Below, in pieces: positions 45,194 to 57,976 of a stretch of DNA of 64,000 nucleotides (its first letter is position 1; each line of letters opens with the position of its first letter). This DNA comes from Chrysomallon squamiferum (taxonomy: Eukaryota; Animalia; Mollusca): positions 3,906,001-3,970,000 of the forward strand of contig CM022674.1 of NCBI GenBank assembly GCA_012295275.1, written 5' to 3'. Position numbers and translations under genes: made by a program. The notes below the pieces were generated by a model. That model ran no database searches. It was not told where the DNA came from and saw only the letters and a program-made list of their open reading frames with translations.

Positions 45194-45706
45194 AAGAGCT
45201 CGTGGGTGAGCTGATTAATTTTGCTTCGAAACGAAAGAATACGTCAGAACTGACATTTTTCAAAACGAATGGCAAGCTGGGGTACTCGGTTAAGAAAACA
45301 TCAATTTAGGCTATATTTTCATATTTTTTAATTTATTTTTTATTTTCTAATTTCGAAAATATAATGGACAATGACATCGAAACCGAAATTAGCGAAATTG
45401 AGCGACATAAAAATTAACATGAATCGCTGACGTTAGAAAAAGATAACAGTGACAAGTTATCAGAAGACAAACGCGTGCTCGTCTTTGAAGCTGAAATGAA
45501 AACTGATTTAACAAAGAGCGAGTTAGATATCAAGTAACAAAAGCTTATCCTGACGAATCTTAAAGACAAATAGAAACTGCTTGAAAGGTAAAAAGGATTA
45601 CACTTTCCGTAGTACATACACTGACATTTGTATAAATGGTGAAAGGAAAACGACTGCATTCCGCCATGTCAATGACACGTTAAAGGTGAGATACAATTTA
45701 TGTGAA

Positions 45707-45777
45707 GCATCGGTGGTCTAGTGGTAGAATACTCGCCTGCCACGCGGGTGACCCGGGTTCAATTCCCGGTCGATGCA
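45707..45777 (+). tRNA. tRNA-Gly(GCC)
   Basis: Array copy. Confidence 0.9.
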
Positions 45778-46093
45778 CATACGTTTCACTTTTCTTTCTC
45801 TTTTGCATGAAATATGTAGGATAAAATGTCTTTTAATCGATTACGAATATGCACTTCACTGTTCCAGATTGATAAGTTTTGATCTGATATTGATCAATCT
45901 ATTGTAAATGTCGACGATATCACATACGAAGTGATACCAGGTTTCTTCTTTCATATCATGATTATACGAAAACATTCGGTTTCGTTAACTCAACAATATT
46001 GACTTCTCAAATTTCGTTCCATCTTTAATATAACATGAATAAATACATTTCGCTCTATTGATTCCAGTATGTTTACAACCTGCTATTGTTTAT

Positions 46094-46175
46094 GGTAGCG
46101 TGGCCGAGCGGTCTAAGGCGCTGGTTTAAGGCACCAGTGTCCTCGGAGGCGTGTGTTCGAATCCCACCGCTGCCA
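46094..46175 (+). tRNA. tRNA-Leu(AAG) variant with variable-arm and T-stem substitutions (possibly defective)
   Basis: cagtGtcctcggaggcgtgTgttcgaat versus consensus cagtCtcctcggaggcgtgGgttcgaat. Confidence 0.7.
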
Positions 46176-46672
46176 AAGAGCTCGTGGGTGAGCTGATTAA
46201 TTTTGCTTCGAAACGAAAGAATACTTCAGAACTGACATTTTCAAAACGAATGGCAAGCTGGGGTACTCGGTTAAGAAAACATCAATTTAGGCTATATTTT
46301 CATATTTTTTAATTTATTTTTTATTTTCTAATTTCGAAAATATAATGGACAATGACATCGAAACCGAAATTAGCGAAATTGAACGAGATAAAAATTAACA
46401 TGAATCGCTGACGTCAGAAAAAGAGAACAGTGTCAAGTTATCAGAAGACAAACGCGTGCTCGTCTTTGAAGCTGAAATGAAAACTGATTTAACAAACAGA
46501 GAGTTAGATATCAGGTAAGAAAAGCTAAAACTGACGAATCTTAAAGACAAGTAGAAACTGCTTGAAAGGTAAAAAATGATTAAACTTTCCGTAGTACATA
46601 AATGGTGAAAGGAAAACGACTGAATTCCGCCGTGTCAATGACACGTTAAAGGTGAGATACAATTTACGTGAA

Positions 46673-46743
46673 GCATCGGTGGTCTAGTGGTAGAATACTC
46701 GCCTGCCACGCGGGTGACCCGGGTTCAATTCCCGGTCGATGCA
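46673..46743 (+). tRNA. tRNA-Gly(GCC), intact, overlapping the left copy of the 127-bp target duplication
   Basis: Array copy. Confidence 0.9.
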
Positions 46744-46822
46744 CATACGTTTCACTTTTCTTTCTCTTTTGCATGAATATACTAAGAAATATGCAGCTGA
46801 TATGTTTCCACGTAGAAAATAA

Positions 46823-48285
46823 AGCCAGTTTGCCCCCCAGGTGCAACAGTATCTGTAGCTAACACCGAATCTGAATATTCACATAATATTCATGGTAAAA
46901 CTATTAGCATACAAGATACTAGTGTTATATGTCAGTCTTTTTTTTTTTTTTTATTATTTTATTGCTTCTTGTTCTTAGTGTAAATATTACTATCAAGTTT
47001 ACCAGATCTCTAACTTGCAGCTTTCATAGACAGTTGTTTTCAGCTACTTATTGGATTTCTCCGGCAGTCAGTATAGCTCAAAAGCAAAATTACTGTGCTG
47101 TTGTTTCTCAAGTTTCAGCTTGGCTTGTGTTTTTACCTTGGTGTTAGAATTATTTTCAGACAGATTTGTGAAAAGGCATTATAATTCATGGACGTTTTTT
47201 TTTTTTTTTAAATATTTCATTGTTGAGTTAGTGATTGTGTTTCTTAACGTGCAAAGACAATAAGGAATATTGTACCCAGCTTTTAAAGGAAAAATCAGCA
47301 GTTTTTGATGAAAGTGTTAAAGAATGAATACAAGTGTTTTGTTGTGTACAAATACAAAATGTATAAAGGTGTTGTCTAATCAAGAGGAGAGCACCAGTTT
47401 TTCTACTTTCAAAATGAGTGTTTGTGGTGTTTTTACATCACTTTATCTTCAAGTATAAAGACTGGATTTTAAATGAGATCTTTGTCAGCTTTTCAAAAAC
47501 AACTGAAAAGGAAAATGAGAGGAAACTGGATGTGAACAAAGATTGAGATTATATCAAAGAAAGAGAAGAGGAGGAACTGAAACATTTACATAAACAAAAG
47601 TCTTCTTTCTTTTTCTTTTTTTTTTTTTGAATGTGTGTTTCAAAGCTTCTAGCATGAGAAATGCTTTGTGGACATTACTGCAGTGTGGTTTTCAAAGAAG
47701 ATAAATATTAATATACGAACATGGAAGGAGGTGAAATTGCTACAGCTGGAATAACAGGGATCCAGGAACAGATGCATTTACTAATAAATTATTTGTTACT
47801 TGCAAACTGTGATGATTTTACCACTGAAGAAGAAAATACTTGTGACAGATTTAAAATTAAAATAATATTAAAATGTACATATTGTGATAATAAAATGTTG
47901 AAATCTTTTATACATTTCCAAATGATTCAGTAATAATAAAGTACAATCATGATATCAGTAACTCTACTAAAGACCCATTTCATTCAAATCCACTTCATTA
48001 ATATAGAGTTATGTTTTATATTTCCCATTTTAAAATGTTCAAACTGGATTATTAATCTTGTGCAATTTTGAAATGTGACTCATTTAATTTGACCACCATT
48101 TTAACATGTTCACCATTATGTTTACACTTATTTTAATGTTTTTAATTTTATGTCCATGTCTTTTTATATTTTGTTTTATTACTCTGTGAAGCACCCTTGA
48201 ACTTACTTAGTATGGAAAAAGTGCTATATAAATATATAGAATAATAATAATAATAATAATAAAGAAATTCTCCTCAAATGATGTG

Positions 48286-48316
<31 letters not shown>
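46823..48316 (+). mobile_element. ~1.5-kb poly(A)-tailed retroposed insert whose 3' junction is in the tRNA-Gly D-arm; 127-bp target-site duplication
   Basis: AATAAA 48258-48263, A26 48291-48316; 46696-46822 repeated at 48317-48443; empty paralogous site at the 50580 unit. Confidence 0.85.
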
Positions 48317-48364
48317 TACTCGCCTGCCACGCGGGTGACCCGGGTTCAATTCCCGGTCGATGCA
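48317..48364 (+). pseudogene. 3' two-thirds of tRNA-Gly(GCC), part of the target-site duplication
   Basis: Begins at TACTCGCC directly after poly(A). Confidence 0.9.
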
Positions 48365-48801
48365 CATACGTTTCACTTTTCTTTCTCTTTTGCATGAATA
48401 TACTAAGAAATATGCAGCTGATATGTTTCCACGTAGAAAATAATTATTTGTGACAGTTAGAGGCTTAACAACAATTGGATGACGTCATTAACCAGTCGTG
48501 CATATTGAAGTTGAGTTTTTGCGTCCTCGAATTTCCCAGTAACGGGCACGTGCGCAGTGGACTTTAATATATGTCTTTAATTTGTTTACTAAAATGTCAC
48601 GTGACAATACACTCAATAAATATATAAACATATATGGTCCTGTTCGTTTGTTAATCTAGCGTTTCAAAAAAACTGCAGTCAGCCTACGTATTTTCGTTGT
48701 AAAAGTCTTAAATATAATGTTATAATATTAAGCGTTTTAAATAGCGAATGATAAAAAGGTTGTTCAGGAGGCAGTATCTTTCATACACGTTTTTTGTTAC
48801 A

Positions 48802-48883
48802 GGTAGCGTGGCCGAGCGGTCTAAGGCGCTGGTTTTAGGCACCAGTCTCCTCGGAGGCGTGGGTTCGAATCCCACCGCTGCCA
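48802..48883 (+). tRNA. tRNA-Leu(TAG)
   Basis: Array copy. Confidence 0.9.
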
Positions 48884-49593
48884 AATAGCTCGCAAGTGAG
48901 CTGATTCGTTTTGCAACAGAGAGAACGAGAGGAAAGAATTTTCCTGAAGTGACGTTTTGAAAACCAATAGGAAGCTTAGGTATTCGGTAAAGAAAAACTC
49001 AATTTATACTTCATTTTTATTTTCTAATTTTATTTATTTTCTAATTTCGAAAACATCATGGACAGTGACATCGAAACCGAAATTATCGAAATTGAACGAG
49101 ATAGAGCAATTAGCATGATTCGCTGAAGTCAGAAAAAAGATAAGAGTGACAAGTTTTCACCAGACAAATGCGTGCTCGTCTTTGAAGCTGAAATGAAAAC
49201 TGATTTAACAAAGAGCGAGTTAGATATCAAGTAACAAAAGCTTATCCTGACGAATCTTAAAGACAAATAGAAACTGCTTGAAAGGTAAAAAGGATTACAC
49301 TTTCCGTAGTACATACACTGACATTTGTATAAATGGTGAAAGGAAAACGACTGCATTCCGCCATGTCAATGACACGTTAAAGGTGAAAACTGATTTAACA
49401 AAGAGCGAGTTAGATATCAAGTAACAAAAGCTTATCCTGACGAATCTTAAAGACAAATAGAAACTGCTTGAAAGGTAAAAAGGATTACACTTTCCGTAGT
49501 ACATACACTGACATTTGTATAAATGGTGAAAGGAAAACGACTGCATTCCGCCATGTCAATGACACGTTAAAGGTGAGATACAATTTATGTGAA

Positions 49594-49664
49594 GCATCGG
49601 TGGTCTAGTGGTAGAATACTCGCCTGCCACGCGGGTGACCCGGGTTCAATTCCCGGTCGATGCA
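49594..49664 (+). tRNA. tRNA-Gly(GCC)
   Basis: Array copy. Confidence 0.9.
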
Positions 49665-50000
49665 CATACGTTTCACTTTTCTTTCTCTTTTTTGCATGAA
49701 ATATGTAGGCTAAAATTGATTAATTACATTCAGATAAAATGTCTTTTAATCTATTACGAATATGCACTTCACTGATTGATAAGTTTTGATCTGATATTGA
49801 TCAATCTATTGTAAATGTCGACGATATCACATACGAAGTGATACCAGGTTTCTTCTTTCATATCATGATTATACGAAAACATTCGGTTTCGTTAACTCAA
49901 CAATATTGACTTCCCAAATTTCGTTCCATCTTTAATATAACATGAATAAATACATTTTGCTCTATTGATTCCAGTATGTTTACAACCTGCTATTGTTTAT

Positions 50001-50082
50001 GGTAGCGTGGCCGAGCGGTCTAAGGCGCTGGTTTAAGGCACCAGTCTCCTCGGAGGCGTGGGTTCGAATCCCACCGCTGCCA
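50001..50082 (+). tRNA. tRNA-Leu(AAG)
   Basis: Array copy. Confidence 0.9.
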
Positions 50083-50579
50083 AAGAGCTCGTGGGTGAGC
50101 TGATTAATTTTGCTTCGAAACGAAAGAATACTTCAGAACTGACATTTTCAAAACGAATGGCAAGCTGGGGTACTCGGTTAAGAAAACATCAATTTAGGCT
50201 ATATTTTCATATTTTTTAATTTATTTTTTATTTTCTAATTTCGAAAATATAATGGACAATGACATCGAAACCGAAATTAGCGAAATTGAACGAGATAAAA
50301 ATTAACATGAATCGCTGACGTCAGAAAAAGAGAACAGTGTCAAGTTATCAGAAGACAAACGCGTGCTCGTCTTTGAAGCTGAAATGAAAACTGATTTAAC
50401 AAACAGAGAGTTAGATATCAGGTAAGAAAAGCTAAAACTGACGAATCTTAAAGACAAGTAGAAACTGCTTGAAAGGTAAAAAATGATTAAACTTTCCGTA
50501 GTACATAAATGGTGAAAGGAAAACGACTGAATTCCGCCGTGTCAATGACACGTTAAAGGTGAGATACAATTTATGTGAA

Positions 50580-50650
50580 GCATCGGTGGTCTAGTGGTAG
50601 AATACTCGCCTGCCACGCGGGTGACCCGGGTTCAATTCCCGGTCGATGCA
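50580..50650 (+). tRNA. tRNA-Gly(GCC)
   Basis: Array copy; empty-site paralog of the 46673 locus. Confidence 0.9.
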
Positions 50651-51087
50651 CATACGTTTCACTTTTCTTTCTCTTTTGCATGAATATACTAAGAAATATG
50701 CAGCTGATATGTTTCCACGTAGAAAATAATTATTTGTGACAGTTAGAGGCTTAACAACAATTGGATGACGTCATTAACCAGTCGTGCATATTGAAGTTGA
50801 GTTTTTGCGTCCTCGAATTTCCCAGTAACGGGCACGTGCGCAGTGGACTTTAATATATGTCTTTAATTTGTTTACTAAAATGTCACGTGACAATACACTC
50901 AATAAATATATAAACATATATGGTCCTGTTCGTTTGTTAATCTAGCGTTTCAAAAAAACTGCAGTCAGCCTACGTATTTTCGTTGTAAAAGTCTTAAATA
51001 TAATGTTATAATATTAAGCGTTTTAAATAGCGAATGATAAAAAGGTTGTTCAGGAGGCAGTATCTTTCATACACGTTTTTTGTTACA

Positions 51088-51169
51088 GGTAGCGTGGCCG
51101 AGCGGTCTAAGGCGCTGGTTTTAGGCACCAGTCTCCTCGGAGGCGTGGGTTCGAATCCCACCGCTGCCA
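51088..51169 (+). tRNA. tRNA-Leu(TAG)
   Basis: Array copy. Confidence 0.9.
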
Positions 51170-51876
51170 AATAGCTCGCAAGTGAGCTGATTCGTTTTGC
51201 AACAGAGAGAACGAGAGGAAAGAATTTTCCTGAAGTGACGTTTTGAAAACCAATAGGAAGCTTAGGTATTCGGTAAAGAAAAACTCAATTTATACTTCAT
51301 TTTTATTTTCTAATTTTATTTATTTTCTAATTTCGAAAACATCATGGACAGTGACATCGAAACCGAAATTATCGAAATTGAACGAGATAGCAATTAGCAT
51401 GATTCGCTGAAGTCAGAAAAAGATAAGAGTGACAAGTTTTCACCAGACAAATGCGTGCTCGTCTTTGAAGCTGAAATGAAAACTGATTTAACAAAGAGCG
51501 AGTTAGATATCAAGTAACAAAAGCTTATCCTGACGAATCTTAAAGACAAATAGAAACTGCTTGAAAGGTAAAAAGGATTACACTTTCCGTAGTACATACA
51601 CTGACATTTGTATAAATGGTGAAAGGAAAACGACTGCATTCCGCCATGTCAATGACACGTTAAAGGTGAAAACTGATTTAACAAAGAGCGAGTTAGATAT
51701 CAAGTAACAAAAGCTTATCCTGACGAATCTTAAAGACAAATAGAAACTGCTTGAAAGGTAAAAAGGATTACACTTTCCGTAGTACATACACTGACATTTG
51801 TATAAATGGTGAAAGGAAAACGACTGCATTCCGCCATGTCAATGACACGTTAAAGGTGAGATACAATTTATGTGAA

Positions 51877-51947
51877 GCATCGGTGGTCTAGTGGTAGAAT
51901 ACTCGCCTGCCACGCGGGTGACCCGGGTTCAATTCCCGGTCGATGCA
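51877..51947 (+). tRNA. tRNA-Gly(GCC)
   Basis: Array copy. Confidence 0.9.
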
Positions 51948-52281
51948 CATACGTTTCACTTTTCTTTCTCTTTTGCATGAAATATGTAGGCTAAAATTGA
52001 TTAATTACATTCAGATAAAATGTCTTTTAATCTATTACGAATATGCACTTCACTGATTGATAAGTTTTGATCTGATATTGATCAATCTATTGTAAATGTC
52101 GACGATATCACATACGAAGTGATACCAGGTTTCTTCTTTCATATCATGATTATACGAAAACATTCGGTTTCGTTAACTCAACAATATTGACTTCCCAAAT
52201 TTCGTTCCATCTTTAATATAACATGAATAAATACATTTTGCTCTATTGATTCCAGTATGTTTACAACCTGCTATTGTTTAT

Positions 52282-52363
52282 GGTAGCGTGGCCGAGCGGT
52301 CTAAGGCGCTGGTTTAAGGCACCAGTCTCCTCGGAGGCGTGGGTTCGAATCCCACCGCTGCCA
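52282..52363 (+). tRNA. tRNA-Leu(AAG)
   Basis: Array copy. Confidence 0.9.
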
Positions 52364-52860
52364 AAGAGCTCGTGGGTGAGCTGATTAATTTTGCTTCGAA
52401 ACGAAAGAATACGTCAGAACTGACATTTTTCAAAACGAATGGCAAGCTGGGGTACTCGGTTAAGAAAACATCAATTTAGGCTATATTTTCATATTTTTTA
52501 ATTTATTTTTTATTTTCTAATTTCGAAAATATAATGGACAATGACATCGAAACCGAAATTAGCGAAATTGAGCGACATAAAAATTAACATGAATCGCTGA
52601 CGTCAGAAAAAGATAACAGTGACAAGTTATCAGAAGACAAACGCGTGCTCGTCTTTGAAGCTGAAATGAAAACTGATTTAACAAAGAGCGAGTTAGATAT
52701 CAAGTAACAAAAGGTTAAACTGACGAATCTTAAAGACAAATAGAAACTGCTTGAAAGGTGAAAAGGATTAAACTTTCCGTAGTACATACATGGTGAAAGG
52801 AAAACGACTGCATTCCGCCATGTCAATGACACGTTAAAGGTGAGATACAATTTATGTGAA

Positions 52861-52931
52861 GCATCGGTGGTCTAGTGGTAGAATACTCGCCTGCCACGCG
52901 GGTGACCCGGGTTCAATTCCCGGTCGATGCA
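52861..52931 (+). tRNA. tRNA-Gly(GCC)
   Basis: Array copy. Confidence 0.9.
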
Positions 52932-53256
52932 CATACGTTTCACTTTTCTTTCTCTTTTGCATGAAATATGTAGGATAAAATTGATTTTAATCAGATTAAA
53001 ATATGCAATCTATTACTATGCACTTCACTGATTGATAAGTTTTGATCTGATATTGATCAATCTATTGTAAATGTCGACGATATCACATACGAAGTGATAC
53101 CAGGTTTCTTCTTTCATATCATGATTATACGAAAACATTCGGTTTCGTTAACTCAACAATATTGACTTCCCAAATTTCGTTCCATCTTTAATATAACATG
53201 AATAAATACATTTTGTTCTGTTGATTCCAGTATGTTTACAACCTGCTATTGTTTAT

Positions 53257-53338
53257 GGTAGCGTGGCCGAGCGGTCTAAGGCGCTGGTTTAAGGCACCAG
53301 TCTCCTCGGAGGCGTGGGTTCGAATCCCACCGCTGCCA
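53257..53338 (+). tRNA. tRNA-Leu(AAG)
   Basis: Array copy. Confidence 0.9.
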
Positions 53339-53834
53339 AAGAGCTCGTGGGTGAGCTGATTAATTTTGCTTCGAAACGAAAGAATACGTCAGAACTGACG
53401 TATTCAAAACGAATGGCAAGCTGGGGTACTCGGTTAAGAAAACATCAATTTAGGCTATATTTTCATTTTTTTTTAATGATTTTTTATTTTCTAATTTCGA
53501 AAATATAATGGACAATGACATCGAAACCGAAATTAGCGAAATTGAGCGACATAAAAATTAACATGAATCGCTGACGTCAGAAAAAGATAACAGTGACAAG
53601 TTATCAGAAGACAAACGCGTGCTCGTCTTTGAAGCTGAAATGAAAACTGATTTAACAAAGAGCGAGTTAGATATCAAGTAAGAAAAGGTAAAACTGACGA
53701 ATGTTAAAGACAAATAGAAACTGCTTGAAAGGTGAAAAGGATTAAACTTTCCGTAGTACATAAATGGTGAAAGGAAAACGACTGCATTCCGCTATGTCAA
53801 TGACACGTTAAAGGTGAGATACAATTTATGTGAA

Positions 53835-53905
53835 GCATCGGTGGTCTAGTGGTAGAATACTCGCCTGCCACGCGGGTGACCCGGGTTCAATTCCCGGTCG
53901 ATGCA
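53835..53905 (+). tRNA. tRNA-Gly(GCC)
   Basis: Array copy. Confidence 0.9.
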
Positions 53906-54239
53906 CATACGTTTCACTTTTCTTTCTCTTTTGCATGAAATATGTAGGCTAAAATTGATTAATTACATACAGATAAAATGTCTTGTAATCTATTACGAAT
54001 ATGCACTTCACTGATTGATAAGTTTTGATCTGATATTGATCAATCTATTGTAAATGTCGACGATATCAAATACGATGTGATACCAGGTTTCTTCTTTCAT
54101 ATCATGATTATACGAAAACATTCGGTTTCGTTAACTCAACAATATTGACTTCCCAAATTTCGTTCCATCTTTAATATAACATGAATAAATACATTTTGTT
54201 CTGTTGATTCCAGTATGTTTACAACCTGCTATTGTTTAT

Positions 54240-54321
54240 GGTAGCGTGGCCGAGCGGTCTAAGGCGCTGGTTTAAGGCACCAGTCTCCTCGGAGGCGTGG
54301 GTTCGAATCCCACCGCTGCCA
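54240..54321 (+). tRNA. tRNA-Leu(AAG)
   Basis: Array copy. Confidence 0.9.
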
Positions 54322-54833
54322 AAGAGCTCGTGGGTGAGCTGATTAATTTTGCTTCGAAACGAAAGAATACGTCAGAACTGACGTATTCAAAACGAATGGC
54401 AAGCTGGGGTACTCGGTTAAGAAAACATCAATTTAGGCTATATTTTCATTTTTTTTTAATGATTTTTTATTTTCTAATTTCGAAAATATAATGGACAATG
54501 ACATCGAAACCGAAATTAGCGAAATTGAGCGACATAAAAATTAACATGAATCGCTGACGTCAGAAAAAGATAACAGTGACAAGTTATCAGAAGACAAACG
54601 CGTGCTCGTCTTTGAAGCTGAAATGAAAACTGATTTAACAAAGAGCGAGTTAGATATCAAGTAAGAAAAGGTAAAACTGACGAATGTTAAAGACAAATAG
54701 AAACTGCTTGAAAGGTAAAAAGGATTAAACTTTCCGTAGTACATACACTGACATTTGTATAAATGGTGAAAGGAAAACGACTGCATTCCGCCATGTCAAT
54801 GACACGTTAAAGGTGAGATACAATTTATGTGAA

Positions 54834-54904
54834 GCATCGGTGGTCTAGTGGTAGAATACTCGCCTGCCACGCGGGTGACCCGGGTTCAATTCCCGGTCGA
54901 TGCA
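54834..54904 (+). tRNA. tRNA-Gly(GCC)
   Basis: Array copy. Confidence 0.9.
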
Positions 54905-55238
54905 CATACGTTTCACTTTTCTTTCTCTTTTGCATGAAATATGTAGGCTAAAATTGATTAATTACATACAGATAAAATGTCTTGTAATCTATTACGAATA
55001 TGCACTTCACTGATTGATAAGTTTTGATCTGATATTGATCAATCTATTGTAAATGTCGACGATATCAAATACGATGTGATACCAGGTTTCTTCTTTCATA
55101 TCATGATTATACGAAAACATTCGGTTTCGTTAACTCAACAATATTGACTTCCCAAATTTCGTTCCATCTTTAATATAACATGAATAAATACATTTTGTTC
55201 TGTTGATTCCAGTATGTTTACAACCTGCTATTGTTTAT

Positions 55239-55320
55239 GGTAGCGTGGCCGAGCGGTCTAAGGCGCTGGTTTAAGGCACCAGTCTCCTCGGAGGCGTGGG
55301 TTCGAATCCCACCGCTGCCA
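55239..55320 (+). tRNA. tRNA-Leu(AAG)
   Basis: Array copy. Confidence 0.9.
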
Positions 55321-55815
55321 AAGAGCTCGTGGGTGAGCTGATTAATTTTGCTTCGAAACGAAAGAATACGTCAGAACTGACGTATTCAAAACGAATGGCA
55401 AGCTGGGGTACTCGGTTAAGAAAACATCAATTTAGGCTATATTTTCATTTTTTTAATTAATTTTTTATTTTCTAATTTCGAAAATATAATGGACAATGAC
55501 ATCGAAACCGAAATTAGCGAAATTGAGCGACATAAAAATTAACATGAATCGCTGACGTCAGAAAAAGATAACAGTGACAAGTTATCAGAAGACAAACGCG
55601 TGCTCGTCTTTGAAGCTGAAATGAAAACTGATTTAACAAAGAGCGAGTTAGATATCAAGTAAGAAAAGGTAAAACTGACGAATGTTAAAGACAAATAGAA
55701 ACTGCTTGAAAGGTGAAAAGGATTAAACTTTCCGTAGTACATAAATGGTGAAAGGAAAACGACTGCATTCCGCTATGTCAATGACACGTTAAAGGTGAGA
55801 TACAATTTATGTGAA

Positions 55816-55886
55816 GCATCGGTGGTCTAGTGGTAGAATACTCGCCTGCCACGCGGGTGACCCGGGTTCAATTCCCGGTCGATGCA
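55816..55886 (+). tRNA. tRNA-Gly(GCC)
   Basis: Array copy. Confidence 0.9.
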
Positions 55887-56220
55887 CATACGTTTCACTT
55901 TTCTTTCTCTTTTGCATGAAATATGTAGGCTAAAATTGATTAATCACATTCAGATAAAATGTCTTGTAATCTATTACGAATATGCACTTCACTGATTGAT
56001 AAGTTTTGATCTGATATTGATCAATCTATTGTAAATGTCGACGATATCACATACGAAGTGATACCAGGTTTCTTCTTTCATATCATGATTATACGAAAAC
56101 ATTCGGTTTCGTTAACTCAACAATATTGACTTCCCAAATTTCGTTCCATCTTTAATATAACATGAATAAATACATTTTGTTCTGTTGATTCCAGTATGTT
56201 TACAACCTGCTATTGTTTAT

Positions 56221-56302
56221 GGTAGCGTGGCCGAGCGGTCTAAGGCGCTGGTTTAAGGCACCAGTCTCCTCGGAGGCGTGGGTTCGAATCCCACCGCTGC
56301 CA
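56221..56302 (+). tRNA. tRNA-Leu(AAG)
   Basis: Array copy. Confidence 0.9.
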
Positions 56303-56827
56303 AAGAGCTCGTGGGTGAGCTGATTAATTTTGCTTCGAAACGAAAGAATACGTCAGAACTGACGTATTCAAAACGAATGGCAAGCTGGGGTACTCGGTTA
56401 AGAAAACATCAATTTAGGCTATATTTTCATTTTTTTTTAATGATTTTTTATTTTCTAATTTCGAAAATATAATGGACAATGACATCGAAACCGAAATTAG
56501 CGAAATTGAGCGACATAAAAATTAACATGAATCGCTGACGTCAGAAAAAACAGTGACAAGTTATCAGAAGACAAACGCGTGCTCGTCTTTGAAAATGGTC
56601 GAAGCTGAAATGAAAACTGAAAACTGATTTAACAAAGAGCGAGTTAGATATCAAGTAAGAAAAGCTAAAACTGACGAATCTTAAAGACAAATAGAAACTG
56701 CTTGAAAGGTAAAAAGGATTACACTTTCCGTAGTACATACACTGACATTTGTATAAATGGTGAAAGGAAAACGACTGCATTCCGCCATGTCAATGACACG
56801 TTAAAGGTGAGATACAATTTATGTGAA

Positions 56828-56898
56828 GCATCGGTGGTCTAGTGGTAGAATACTCGCCTGCCACGCGGGTGACCCGGGTTCAATTCCCGGTCGATGCA
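56828..56898 (+). tRNA. tRNA-Gly(GCC)
   Basis: Array copy; empty-site paralog of the split 58960 locus. Confidence 0.9.
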
Positions 56899-57377
56899 CA
56901 TACGTTTCACTTTTGTTTTTCTTTTGCATGAATATACTAAGAAATATGCAGTTGATATGTTTTCACGGAGAAAGTAATAATTTGTGACAGTTAGAGGCTT
57001 AACAACAATTGGATGACGTCATTAACCAGTCGTGCATATTCAAGTTGAGTTTTTGCGTCCTCGAATTTCCCAGTAACGGGCACGTGCGCAGTGGATTTTG
57101 AAATACTTCTGTTCTATATAACAACGCCCTATAATGGACATTAATATATGTCTTTACTTGTTTACTAAAATGTCACGTGACAATACACTCAATAAATATA
57201 TAAACATATATGGTCCTGTTCGTTTGTTAATCTAGCGTTTCAAAAAAACTGCAGTCAGCCTACGTATTTTCGTTGTAAAAGTCTTAAATACAATGTTATA
57301 ATATTAAGCGTTTTAAATAGCGAATGATAAAAAGGTTGTTCAGGAGGCAGTATCTTTCATACACGTTTTTTGTTACA

Positions 57378-57459
57378 GGTAGCGTGGCCGAGCGGTCTAA
57401 GGCGCTGGTTTTAGGCACCAGTCTCCTCGGAGGCGTGGGTTCGAATCCCACCGCTGCCA
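57378..57459 (+). tRNA. tRNA-Leu(TAG)
   Basis: Array copy. Confidence 0.9.
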
Positions 57460-57976
57460 AATAGCTCGCAAGTGAGCTGATTCGTTTTGCAACAGAGAGA
57501 ACGAGAGGAAAGAATTTTCCTGAAGTGACGTTTTGAAAACCAATAGGAACCTGGGGTATATGGTAAAGAAAAACTCAATTTATACTTCATTCTTATTTTC
57601 TTATTTTATTTGTTTTCTAATTTCGAAAACATAATGGACAGTGACATCGAAACCGAAATTATCGAAATTGAACGAGATAGCAATTAGCATCATTCGCTGA
57701 AGTCAGAAAAAGATAAGAGTGACAAGTTTTCACCAGACAAATGCGTGCTCGTCTTTGAAGCTGAAATGAAAACTGATTTAACAAAGAGCGAGTTAGATAT
57801 CAAGTAAGAAAAGCTTATCCTGACGAATGTTAAAGACAAATAGAAACTGCTTGAAAGGTAAAAAGGATTAAACTTTCCATAGTACATACACTGACATTTG
57901 TATAAATGGTGAAAGGAAAACGACTGCATTCCGCCATGTCAATGACACGTTAAAGGTGAGATACAATTTATGTGAA

